Origin: Vicugna vicugna
Taxonomy: Eukaryota
Reading direction: 5' to 3'
DNA: 64,000 nucleotides
NCBI GenBank assembly: GCA_013265495.1
Contig: MU063101.1
Span: forward strand, 4,574,276-4,638,275
The translations under genes were made by a program, and so were the position numbers. Positions 1 to 12,059 of this stretch are shown here, piece by piece. The notes below the pieces were generated by a model, which did not search any database, was not told the origin of the DNA, and worked only from the letters and a program-made list of their open reading frames with translations. Each line of letters opens with the position of its first letter. The first letter of the stretch is position 1.

Positions 1-1390
1 AAGGGTACATTTAACATATATTCAAGATTAAGATAATGAAAAACCACAAAACATAGCCGAGAGAACCTAAGGAAGTTCCTAATAAGTGGGGAGATATATT
101 CACAGATTTGAAAACTCATTATTACTATTAAGATATCAATTCCCCTTCAAATTGACCTGTATATCTAACACAGTACCAGTCAAAATCCCAGCAGACACTA
201 TATTTAGAAAGTGACAATCTAATTCTGAAATATATATGGAAATGCAAAGGACATAGATCTGTACAGTAGCAGCATGGGATGGACATATAGATCAATGGGA
301 CAGAATAAAATCCAGGGATAGGCTTATACATATATGGTAATTTGATTTTTCCATAGTTATCAAAGCAATTCAATGGGGAAAAGAGAACCTTTTCAACAAA
401 TAGTGCCGGAACAACTTGATGTCCACATGGCAAAAAACAAACCCCAACCTCTACTGCAATCCACATGTGAAAATCAATTCAAGATGAATCGCAGGGTTAA
501 TGTAAAAACCAAACTACAAAACTACTAGAAGAAGACATAGGAGAATATCTTTGCAACCTTGGGACAGATCAGAAAATGAAAATAATAATTATAAAATAAA
601 GAAGGATAAGTTAGACTTAGGCAAAATGAAAAGTCATTTAAAAATATCTACAGCTTTTCATATACCAATCATATCTCCATAAAGCGATTTAAAAAAATAA
701 AATGTACAGACAAAGCACAGACAGGAAGAAAACATTTACAAAATATGTATCTGACAACAGACTTCTATCCAGAATATGTAAAGAACTCTTACAAATCAAT
801 AATATTTATATGATCAATTCAATTTTTTAAAAATCAAAAACTGGCAAAAGACTCGAGTAGACATTTCTTAAAGGAAGATATTCAAATGCCCAATACGCAC
901 ATAGAAAAAGTGCTCAACATCATTAAGCATTAGTGTAAATTGAAACAAAAACGAGGTACCAAACATTTCCACTAGAATAACTCAAATTTTAAAACTTGAC
1001 ACTGCAAATTTTGGCAAATATAGAGAGAGGAGAACTCTCAATACTGTGAAAGCACAAAACCGAACAGCCATGTGGTAAACAGACGGCAGTTTCTTATAAC
1101 ATTAAACATACCCTTGCTGTACGATCAAGCGATCCCAACCCTAGTTATTTACCCAAGAGAAACGAAAACACACATCTGCACAAAGAACTGTAAAAGTATG
1201 TTTAAAAAGCAACTTTATTCACAATCTCCCCAAATTGAAAAGATTGAACTTTCTGCAGTGAGGTTATTGTTTTACATCTTCACTGGGGTATCAGTTCCAC
1301 GGGTGTGTGCATTTGTCACAACTTGTTGAACCACACACTTAAGACACATGTTGATGTATGTAAGTTATCCTTCAAATTATTTTACAAAGT
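1..1390 (+). mobile_element. Old LINE-1 (L1M/L1ME-type) 3' part, degraded ORF2 end plus 3' UTR
   Basis: A-rich strand with L1 ORF2-like segments (gatcaatgggacagaataaaatcca, ttttcaacaaatagtgccggaacaactt, gacatttcttaaaggaagatattcaaatg) and L1M 3' end (catttgtcacaacttgttgaaccacacacttaag). Many stops. Confidence 0.9.
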
Positions 1391-1477
1391 TCAGGCAGGG
1401 AGAGCCCCAAGATCAGAGGCTTCACGAGAATACACACTAACTATTGCACTTGATCTAACAGCTCTGGGTTATCTAGT

Positions 1478-1600
1478 GGAAAGAGTCTAAACCTCAGTTC
1501 CCTCACTTATAACGTAAGACAATAACAGAGCATTTTAAGAGATTTAATGCTATAATGCATGCAAAGTGCCTAGGATAATGACGCACACACTGTGTGTATT
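1478..1600 (+). mobile_element. MIR SINE fragment
   Basis: aaacctcagttccctcacttataac and ataatgcatgcaaagtgcctagg resemble the MIR core and 3' part. Confidence 0.7.
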
Positions 1601-2674
1601 CAAAAAATACTCATTTCTCTCTCTTTCCTTGTGTGGCTTTCTCTTTAAGCCCACTCTGTAAATATGGACTGTATCTGTCCTCAGAACAAAATTATTCTTG
1701 ATGTCTTCAGACTAAAGGGATAAAAATTTACCAGCATGCTGCAGTGAAGACAAATCCAGTCCTCCAGTTTAATATTTACCCATCAATAGGATGAAAATAA
1801 AATATGTATCAAAATAAAGACCACCACCAGATATGATCGTAAACAAGCTAACATTTTTTTGTTAAAGGAATCAGTCGGCCTTAAATTTTCAGCACTGTGC
1901 TTTTAGCATGTTCACTCAGGAAACAAGCTACACAAAAAATAAAAGGAGTAAAGCCCTTGAGAAGCATAACTTTACAGAGATCCTGACAAACTAAAATTAG
2001 GTTTAGCAGCAGTGAGCTCTGCAGACAGAGCCACAGACCTCCTTCACTTCCCGCTCTGCAGTGGTCAAAATCCCCATGATTAGAGATGTCTCAGAGATGG
2101 AGCAGGATGTTGATAAGATCACAGGTTTTGAAGGGTTCACATGCCAGCGCTGTCATTCACAGGCGGTGGCATCGTGTGCAAGTTACTAAACAACTGTGTT
2201 TCCTTTCTCATCCATAAACTCTTCCCTAAAATAACTAATCCCAATAATGTATGTTGACTGAGTGAATAAATAAACAGATGGAGATACTGAAGTATGTTCC
2301 TCGTGACAGAAGTAGGAGCGTTAACTGAAATAACGTATGTTTAAAACACTCTGTAAGTCTCAGCCTTTGGACTATTTTATTACACATCACTGTTTTTTAA
2401 CTTATTTCCCTGTTTGAATGGATGCTTCTGTTGGGATGCCTCATGTATGGACCAAAATTGTAATATGCATCCCTGTTTCCAGAAATCATGTTCATTCTGC
2501 TTTGAAAGTCACACACACACAATCTCAGAAAGCCCAGTCATCTACTAAAAAGAACTGGGGCGGAGAAAGCAAGTCTGAATTCACCAGTCAGTTCTGACTT
2601 CCCCTCTCAGTTAAGCTGACGCTTTGCCCTACAGGAAGTGTGTCTCACCAAAAACAAGCATTAGCTTCCCTAAA

Positions 2675-2930
2675 GGCGCCCAATGCATTGTTAGCGCCAC
2701 TCGCGTGGAGAGCATAACAGAATAATCATTGAGGAACGTTCCAAGATTTGCTCATAAAATCAGTAATTTTTTTTGTCATTCGTTGCCATTAACAAGTAAC
2801 TTGTGACCTAATAAATGTCACTATCCATTTTCTTTAATTAAAATAATAAATATTACGCAGTGACACAGATTGGCATTTATGCCTTCATTTCTGTGACATG
2901 GGATTTATAACCCAGGCTTTCTTTGAGGGA
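2675..2930. promoter_or_regulatory. Candidate enhancer-like unique segment rich in HOX/CDX and MEIS/PBX-type motifs
   Basis: Non-repeat sequence with CTCATAAAA, TAATAAA, TTTAATTAA, several TGACA/TGTCA and a CAATGCATTG palindrome. Function is inferred only. Confidence 0.35.
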
Positions 2931-4584
2931 TTCCACAAATAAAGGTTATTAAACTGCCACAAGATGAACACAAGCTCAGGTTAATGAAACTGGACAAGGA
3001 AGGGCAGTGATGGATGAAGCCCCTGTGCACGAAGAAAAAGGGAATCCCACCCAAAGCAAGAAGCATCTTCGGGCTGGAAAAAAAAAAAACACATGTTCCA
3101 CTTTTCTCAGACTTCAGCTTTAAATGTATGCAGGACGAACTCAGGCGACAGCAACACTTCATACCCTTGGGGTGGGCTCAACTGTGACTTCCCTTTCTCT
3201 TGGGAGCCACTGCTTGCCACAGTATGGTGCACTCTAAGGTAGGAGGGGTTTGCAAGTAAACAAAAAACTCCCCAGGCACATGAATCTGCTGCTGGAGAAA
3301 CAAAATTAATTACTGTAAATGTCCCAACCACCTACTTTGAAGGCGTGGTTCTAGGTTCTAAAAAAGAAGAAGTCACCCTTCAAAATAACAAAAACTAAAA
3401 CAGGAAGATACACTTCACAGCATTTCCTAAAGGAATCTCTTCTTACCTCTGGGATTCTGCTCTTGCTCAAAGTCAAGACATGAACCCAAAGCTCCCAACC
3501 TGAGATCCACCCTGGCTCAGCTGCATCTCCGATCCAGAAGCCCAGCTCAGCGAGGTGGACTCAAACTGCCCTCCTGGGCAAATGCTCCGCCTGCTGCTGT
3601 TCAAAACCTCTGAGAAGCACTGAGCGAAGAGGAATCGCACCTCCGCCGCTGAGATTTATCTCCGAGGATGCATTTATACCTCAGGACTGCAGACACCTCA
3701 GCTCACATCACTCTATATCTAGCTCGGAGCCACAGGAGGGGAGCCGAGCCGGCTGGACCATGAGAAAGGCCCCAGACTCAGGCAGGGGCTCCCGCCCCCA
3801 ACGCTTCTAGTTCCAGCTGCTTTTCTTGGTTGTGGCTAAATCAAAGAGAGCATCTGTCTACGCAAGGCTAAGTTAGAGATCAGATGTCTCAACTGCCGGG
3901 TATTTCAAGGACAGGAAAGGAAACAGAACAACTCTCACCTGGAGGAGCCCCAACTTTGAAAGTGGCCAGACTCGAGTGCAAATGTCAGCGCTACCACATA
4001 CTGGAAGAAACTGACACAAAGCAGGGACTCGACAAATACTAGCTTCCAGCACAGAGAAAAAGCTTCCCCTCCTGTCCTCTCCAGGGCCTCAACTGATCTA
4101 AAACTGTGTGTGTTTGTGTGTATATGCAAAATGTAAAAATACATAGGCATAAAAATAACATACACAAAGTATACATTACTAAATATATGTCATATATAAT
4201 CAGATATATATTTTATATAAACATATGTACACATGCATTCATGGTCTCACTTTTGCACACATAATAGACTATATTTTCTTAATGTAATTTTAGTTAAGAT
4301 ACAAATAAGATGGATTTACAGTCTCAAGTTGATGCCCACTGAAGCAATACCAAAAAGGAGTTCCTGAAGTAGACAGCTCCCCGACAAAAGGACTAGCGCG
4401 ACCAGGATATCACAAAGCTTGAGGATTCTTAGGCAAGAGTCCTTCTCTTCATTCTGAATGTGCCTGGGTGGGGCAGCCCCTGCCCTCTGAGGTGTGGCTT
4501 CTGTGTCCCTCCTCGTCCAAACTCTCAGAGCTGACAAGAAACTCATTTTATTTTTGGACATTGAAGGTTCTCAGTCAGGTTACA

Positions 4585-4830
4585 AATCAAACCCGTGGAC
4601 TTGGGAACCACTCCCTGCCTATAAAACTGACATAGTAATACCAACCTCACAGGGGATTTAGAAAGATGAGGAGCAGGTGACAGATGATGGAGAGATGCAG
4701 GGATGGGTGCGTGGGTGGACAGATGGACAGGTGGGTGGATGGTTGGACAGGTGGGTGGCTGGATGCCTTAGCAAAGTGCCTGGTACCCAGCTACGTAGCA
4801 AGCACTCAGTAATTTTAGCTGTTATTCACG
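4585..4830 (+). mobile_element. MIR SINE interrupted by a GGAT/GGGT repeat
   Basis: ctataaaactgacatagtaataccaacctcacagggg before, and agcaaagtgcctggtacccag...aagcactcagtaattttagctgttatt after, the repeat. Confidence 0.7.
4680..4765. repeat. Degenerate (GGAT/GGGT/GGAC)n tetranucleotide repeat
   Basis: gggatgggtgcgtgggtggacagatggacaggtgggtggatggttggacaggtgggtggctggatg. Confidence 0.8.
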
Positions 4831-7800
4831 TTGTGATTAGGGCAACAGTGACTTTACAGATTTCTCTTATGGTCAATTAAGCATTGACTTTATAGTTAAC
4901 CCTCTTAAAGGGCTTACCCTTACATCTCAGTGCTATTGGCAGCGTCTGGGACCTACCACACAGGTGTAGCATCAGGAACGCTGGATAAGGAGATACAGAT
5001 CATAACAGATGGCCTACAGCTCTAAAACCACTGCAACTTCAAGATTCACATGACAGGATGTCCACTCCCTTGGGAGGCAGCTCCTATTGTCCCCGTGAAC
5101 TTCCAAAGCCCAAATGTTTCCTTCCTTCGGTTTTGAGTCCATATCCTGTGATAAAGCCAATGCCACAATCTTTTGGATTCCTGAAGCACTGAAAGCTGAG
5201 TCTAGTTCACGGAAGGTCCACTCATTCTTGAGAAGAAGAGGCACTAACTGTTAAACACACCCCTTCATCTCAACCTCCAGCTTCCAGAGATCATGTCCAC
5301 AGCATAGATTTAAGCTACATTCAACACAGACATCCCTCTCTCCACATTCTCCCGAATTTCTGCTTTCTAGTTCTGAATCCCAGCTTTCTTAGACATTTCC
5401 AGTTTCAATTCCCTGCTGTTATCTGAATGAGCACTCAGTTTTCTTTTCATTGTCAGTCTTTACAAGTAAACAGCGCAGCAAAGAGCAAACATGAAAACCA
5501 ACAGAGCCCGACCAAGCAGGGCTGATGAGGCAGGCTGGTGAGTGAACTCTGGCCTCAGGGGCGAGCAAGGGCCTCAAAACCATCCTTGAGCAAAACTGAA
5601 AATTACCGCAAATCATGAAAGCCATGGGCTGCTGACAGATGGCCAAAACTGTGGATGTTTAATACCTGAAAGACTAAGAAACTGGTGTTTTGAGCTCAGA
5701 GTGGTACAACTCCAAGAGACATAAATCAGAAAAGTTAAGACATTTTTCCTCCAGTCACTGCCTTGGGCTGTAGTCTGTTGATTTCCTAACTCTGTTCTCT
5801 TGGTAAAGTTTTGGGTAGATTCCAAAACATCATGGTCATTTTCAGCTGTGAAAGGTAATTAAAAGTCCAGCCCACCTTGAAACTCCAAACTCATGCCCAC
5901 TTTGAAAGCCCTCTCCTTCCTTATCACCAGCTGGGCTTGGAGCTCAGGGAACATGGAAGGGAGCTGATTTTACTTTCACGCCTCCCTTCCTACCACTTTG
6001 TAGGGAGGGAAACTCCTTCAGGGTATCTCCTCCCAGAACTGAGGACTAGGAAGAGAATGGCCACTTGTCTGATGGCAGGGAAGCAACACCGTCACTCTGA
6101 CACCATCTGAGGATTTGTGAGCTGCCAACTGCCTTTGCCAATGTGGCAGCGTCTGCACAGGGGAACCACAGTTTTGTGGGGCAGTGAAAAACTTCATCTA
6201 GACCCATCCATCGTCATGGCCCCTACAACACATAGGAAGGTTCTGCTTCTGTGGAGCCAAACTAATGATCCAGGCCTCCCCTCATCCCATCCCAGAGGGA
6301 GAGCATGATAAAGCCTGCTTCTCCTCTGACTCCATGCTCTTCCTCCCAGGGCCAAGGAACCAGCGAGGTCCCCTTGGGTGCTCCACAAGGGTTACAGGGG
6401 CCTGGGGTGGGCAGTTTCCTCAGCTCTTTTCTCAGGCACATCCTGACCTCAGAAATCTCCAGAGGAGAAGCATCGGCCTCTATTCCTCTGTCCAAGTGCA
6501 CCCCTATATTCCAGTGGACACACTCTACTATCTCCCAGGAATGCCCTCACTATGCCCCACTCCAGTAAAATGACACCACCAAGATGGCCTAAATGTTCCC
6601 AACTCAGCCACCACCAATGGGTATGACACACCTATGTCCACCTCTTTAAAGCATCTCCGTCTTCAAGACTGATGTCCCTAAAGGTATTCCCTTACTTGGC
6701 TTTGGGGGAAGCAAAAGGAAACATTGAAAAATCCACTGTTCTCTCGGCCAACTACTCCTGACTGACAACCCCCACTGACCCCCAGACTATGGGACAGTCA
6801 TTTCCGTAGACCCTCAGAAAGCTGGGGTGGGGTCAGCATCCGCAGAGTGTCCAGCTCTCTAATGGATGGGCCCCTGAGCTGCTAGACTCACGCTTTGAGA
6901 TGAGCAGTGGCCATAGCTGGGACTTGAGTCCAGCAACCCTGCAGCCAGAAGGCAGACCAAACAGGGACAACTATAGCAAAGAAACTGAGATAAACAATTG
7001 GAGGTAAGAGGAAACTTCATTGAGTGGTGCTTATATCAGACTCAGATGTCCCCGAGCTGGTTGTCCCTAGTAAGGAAATTGAACTATTGGGCTCCTGAAA
7101 TAGTCCCAGACATGGCTGAGCCAAGGTTACAGTGAGAATTCCACTACTTTCCACCCTGCTCATTTACAGCTGCAGAGTTCAAGCAACCTCTTCAGTGTCA
7201 AGGGGGAGCCCCGTGAATAATAGATATGTCATTTTTAACTGTCAACAACACACCTTGTAAATGCTGTATGTGGGCTCTTAAGTAGCCCAGCAAACCTTTT
7301 TTCTGACATCATTTTTATACCACACTTTGCAGCGAAACGAGGAAGGATCTGAAAAAAGCACGTGGACTAAATGACAGAATCACTCTCATGCCCGTGTCTT
7401 GCCTGCATTTAATATTTCATTGTGTCCTGCCTCCCCCGCCTCCACTCTGATAACAACCGTCTGCTTTGGAGACAAGACAATTAAAATATTCCCATGTTTT
7501 CCTGAGGTTAAATAGGCTCATCTTTCCTTGTGACAGTTAGTTTATGGACTCGGGGAGGGATCGCTGTCATTCATTCCTACTTGTAAGTGACATTGGACGA
7601 TTAAGAAAAACAAACTGCTTCCTGGCAACAAGACCCTGGCTAGTTGTAGGTTCTGACTCTGGGTTTGGACAAGGTGACATGAATTTCCCACTCACCTGTG
7701 ATGAAAGGGCATTTATCCTAAGACAAAAATCTTGTTACAAACGTGCATGCCTCCTCACAAAATAAATCTTCATGCCTATTTGTCAGGTGATACAAGAGTG

Positions 7801-7944
7801 TCATATCACTGGAAAAAAAAAACAAATCTGTAGCTGCTCCACAATCAGCAAGGAACTCCACGCATGCTGTGAGTGCTCAAGCAAAACTGAAATTTAATTA
7901 ATAAGTAATTAACAAAAGGAAATGGAATATACATTATTATCCTC

Positions 7945-8130
7945 TTTTGAAATATTTTTATTTTGGAAAATTTCAAATATATACGGAAGTAAAGAGGACA
8001 GTACAATGACCTCCATATACCCACCAGCTTCAATAGTGTATTGACTCGGGGAAATTTTATTTAATTTATACCCCACTCTCTTCCCACTTTTGGATTTTTG
8101 TGAAGGAAATCTTGGACACTGTACCACTCT
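7945..8130 (-). mobile_element. Old L1 (L1MC/L1ME) 3' end fragment
   Basis: ttttattttggaaaatttcaaatatatacggaagtaaagaggacagtacaatgacctccatatacccaccagcttcaa matches the antisense L1M 3' terminus. Confidence 0.75.
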
Positions 8131-8225
8131 ATGCATTAATCTTAATTACCTCCTAAATATTGTTCAAATAGATTTTCTCCCCTCTATCCCACTACCCTAT
8201 CTTAATTCAGACTCTTGTCACCTGC

Positions 8226-8660
8226 TGTGGTAGATTGACTAGTGGCCCCCAAATGTATGTCCAAGCCCCAACCCCTGGAACCTGTGACTGTAACCTTACT
8301 AGGAAAAAGAATCTTTGCAGGTGTGATTAAATCAAGGATCTCAAGATGAGACTATCTTAGATTTAGGATGGGCCCTAAAGCCAATGCCAGTTGTCCTTAC
8401 AAGAAAAGGCAGGGGGAGATTTGAGAGACACAGACACACGGGGAGAAGCCCATGTGAAGACGGATGCACAGACTGGAGTGATGCTGCCCCAGGGTCAAGG
8501 AATACTCGATGCCACCAGAGCTGGAAGAGGCAGAAAATCCTCCCCTAGGACCATGAGAGAGAACATGGCCCTGCCAACAGCTTGATTTTGGACTTCTGGC
8601 CTCCAGAACAGCAAGATTATAAATTCCTGCTGTTTTAAGCCACCAAGTTTGTGGTAATCT
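8226..8660 (+). mobile_element. MaLR solo LTR (MLT1C/MLT1D-like)
   Basis: tgtggtagattgactagtggccccc start; ctttgcaggtgtgattaa; gatgccaccagagctggaagaggcag; gacttctggcctccagaac...aaattcctgctgttttaagccaccaagtttgtggtaat. Confidence 0.9.
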
Positions 8661-8770
8661 CACCTCTAGAATGAGGACATCAGTAGTGCCCACCCTATAG
8701 CTCACTGTGAGGATACATGGCCTCCTGGACATTCAGTGTCTAGAATATAGCAGGTACTCAAAACTGCTAA
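8660..8770 (+). mobile_element. MIR fragment
   Basis: ctctagaatgaggacatcagtagtgcccaccctatagctcactgtgagg...gcaggtactcaaa. Confidence 0.55.
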
Positions 8771-8784
8771 TGCTTTGTATCAAT

Positions 8785-9297
8785 CAGGAATCTTTCTGTT
8801 GACACACCAAATTTTATCAGCTAAGGGGAAAACCAGATTCATTGGCTGGTTTAATGGAAAAAGTCTAAGGTAGAGAGGCCTTCGGACACAGCTGAATTAG
8901 GGGCTCAAATAATTTTACTGACACCGGAATGTCTCTTTCTCTCCATTTCTCAGTTCTGCTGTTTTCTGAGTTGGTTCATTCTCTAACTTGTTCCACAGTA
9001 TGACTCCTAGAAATTCCAAGCTTATCTCCACAGCTTGTGTCTGCAGAGAGGAAGAACCTCTCCCCCCCAAGAACGTTGGCAAAAGTCACCGAACTGAGTC
9101 TCACTGCATTACCCTGGGTCACCAAGCCTTCCCGGAACCAATCACTGTGATGAAGGATTGGGGATATCGGTGGCTAATCCCTGGCCGGGTTGGCACCAAC
9201 CGAATGAAAGTAGAGATGAGGGGGAGCTATTAAAGGAAAAATGAGGTGCTGCTACCAGGAGGAGGAAGAATGGGTTCTGGGCAGGCAAAAACAACTC
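8785..9297 (-). mobile_element. Old MaLR LTR (MLT1J/K/L-like)
   Basis: cttcggacacagctgaattaggggctcaaa, tctctttctctccatttctcagttctgct, ggaaccaatcactgtg, ggtgctgctaccaggaggaggaagaatgggttctgggcaggcaaaaacaac. Confidence 0.75.
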
Positions 9298-9496
9298 ATG
9301 TCCATTTGCCATGAATATTTTCAGTGTTCTCATGTTCTGAACAGATGGGGTTCCCTGGCCTGTTGCCCACCAACAATGGGTTCCTCCAGCTCGCATCAAC
9401 TGCCTTTCTGTCTTACAGACTTCTCCAAGCCCTGAGAGTGCACGGGTCCCACACTTCCTCCCAGCTACTGCAAAGCTCAAATTAGTCACTCCATGG

Positions 9497-9772
9497 NNNN
9501 NNNNNNNNNNNNNNNNNNNNNNNNNNNNNNNNNNNNNNNNNNNNNNNNNNNNNNNNNNNNNNNNNNNNNNNNNNNNNNNNNNNNNNNNNNNNNNNNNNNN
9601 NNNNNNNNNNNNNNNNNNNNNNNNNNNNNNNNNNNNNNNNNNNNNNNNNNNNNNNNNNNNNNNNNNNNNNNNNNNNNNNNNNNNNNNNNNNNNNNNNNNN
9701 NNNNNNNNNNNNNNNNNNNNNNNNNNNNNNNNNNNNNNNNNNNNNNNNNNNNNNNNNNNNNNNNNNNNNNNN
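9497..9772. other. N run, 276 nt (masked or unresolved sequence)
   Basis: Direct count of Ns. Confidence 0.99.
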
Positions 9773-10211
9773 GAGTTTAAAAGAGGCCAAGTTGCAAGCG
9801 AAATCTTAATAGGAAGAAGTGAAGGCTTACAGTTGGAGGTAGTGGGGGGGGCATCTTTTTCCAAAACTCAATTTATACTTCCCGTCAAAACCAGCAAGTG
9901 CGTACACACACACACACATCAACAATCGATATGGATCCACAGTCTACCTCACACAGAGCATATACCTTACACTGACCAAAACTCTTTACAAATGCCTGAG
10001 CCTTGACAGGCTATCAGTGGAGATTTGCTTTATCCAAATGATTAAAAATGGATAGCTTTTACCTTCCTATCAAAACACTGCTAAACAATGTCTGAAAGAA
10101 AATATTCACTCAAATAATTGAATTATCTCCTGGAGTAAAAAGGAGAAAGAATCCACACACTAATTAAACTGTTATTTGTTGCCTTTCTCTGCATATACTC
10201 TTTATTTAGGG

Positions 10212-10403
10212 CAGGGTTTCTCAGCCTCAGCATTGCTGTTATTCTGGGCTGGGTAATTCTTTGTTCAGGTTGGGGTGGGAACCATTTTGTGCTTTGCAGG
10301 ATGATTAACAGCATCCCTGGTCTCTACCACTAGATGCCAGGAACACTCCCCAGTTATAGCCAGATGTCCCTTTGGGGCAACAATGCCCCTGGTTAAGAAC
10401 CAC
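10212..10403 (+). mobile_element. MER20 hAT-Charlie MITE
   Basis: cagggtttctcagcc...gggtaattctttgtt...cagcatccctggtctctaccactagatgccag...ggttaagaaccac. Confidence 0.9.
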
Positions 10404-10627
10404 CAAATTAAGGACTCTCATAAATACTACATTTAAAATTATTATGGTAGAGTAGTTGACTATTAAGTAGTATACATCAGTTGGGGATGAATGTTGTGCT
10501 TCAATTTGGGGCAGCTTTATTTTGGATTTCCACTGCTGTTGATCAATGTATTTATAATTAAAACACAGATTTACCTACAGCATTTAGGTAGCTCACAGTC
10601 ATTTGTGTAACTGTTCTCTATAAGAAA

Positions 10628-10878
10628 GCAGCATGGGTAGAAGAGAGCTTAGGTTTTCAAAGCAAGCAGATCAGGTTTGAACCAACTGTGCTAGCAAGTG
10701 GCTGCATGTTTTGTGGCTAGTGTCTTACCTTCTCTGTATTTGAGTTTTTGCCAAGGTAAGATGGAGATTGTAGTAGTTGTTCCATAGAGAAGTTGTGATT
10801 ATTTTATAAAAATAAAGGTATTAAAAAATACCTTCAAGAAGGTACAAAAACATGATGGATGTTCAATAAATGTTGGTT
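10628..10878 (+). mobile_element. MIR SINE (degraded)
   Basis: gcagcatgggtagaagagagc...cagatcaggtttgaacc...gatggagattgtagtagt...ttcaataaatgttggtt. Confidence 0.6.
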
Positions 10879-12059
10879 TACCCTAAGAATGTACTTTGCT
10901 CTGAAAGAGTCTCACCCTATGTTTAAAAACAAATCCAGGTTTCCTCTGTGAGGGGATTAGTCAAGCTAAGTAAAGTGCAATGATAACATTGCTCTGCTTG
11001 TATACTTTTTGTTTTCCATGGAGTTTAAAGTTGCCTTCTATTCTCCAACTATTTGTCTTTATCAAATCCTTAAATATTTCTAGTGTCTCAAGCAAGTATC
11101 AAAGACTTTCTCCAAAATATCTCTTTTCTGGAGATGTCCATCCTTCCATTTCAACCTAAATAAATGGAGCAGTAGGAACACAGCCTAATACATACCAGGA
11201 CTTCATTACTCTTCTAAATTGGATCCATTGTTTCCTGGGTCCCTTAGATTCCTTCCTATTTTGCTCTTATATATTCTGTGTGAGAGACTAAAATTTTAAT
11301 ACATATGCAACTGTGACAATTGTGAACATAAATCAAGTTATATGAAATACAAGTATAAAGTCCTAAAACTGTATTTTTAACAAATGGATCCAAAACTCAC
11401 ATATCCAAAGAGTGCTGGATACAAAAACTGTCAACATAGGAGGCTACACATTTATTATAGAGGTGCAGCATGGCCCAAACCACACTTATTCTTTCCCTGA
11501 AATATTCTTTCCAACTCTATGTTGTGTGCTTTACAAGCCTTCACAAAAAGAGAAAGATGTGACTTGAGAAGCAATCAAAAGTTCTAAAGCCAAGTAATAT
11601 GAAGAATAAAGGTGATAACTTGCAACCTTCTTCTGTGATGGGGAATTAATGAGTTACTTTCATAATTTCCCACCATAATATACCTAACCTGGTGAACACA
11701 TACATCCAGTCTTTGACCAAATTAAAGAGATGAGATGAATCACAGAAAAGCATGCATTTTCTTTAAAAGAGTGTGGTTTCTTTTTTAAAAAAAAAAATTA
11801 CTTGCATGCTACTTCATAAGACATAATTGTAATATAAACTTTTTCTGAGTTTTTAAAATCATCCTTGAGGTCAAGAAACATACAGAGCATATGATATCAT
11901 GTAACCTTTCATGTAACTGTTGGCAGAAGTCATCACTCAGATTGACAGAGAACAGAGCTAGTAAGCTAAGGAAAAAGAAAAAGAATTAGCAGTCTGCACA
12001 TAGGGTCCAGCTGATACCAGAGAATGGTAATCTGCAGGGGAGCTGATCTTTCTCTAGCT

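Noticed and set aside
9142-9864. 240-aa and other ORFs spanning N runs (also near 30112, 44156, 52816-53127, 55291-56418, 61555-62032)
   Set aside because: Their length comes from X codons; the flanking residues derive from repeats or random sequence.
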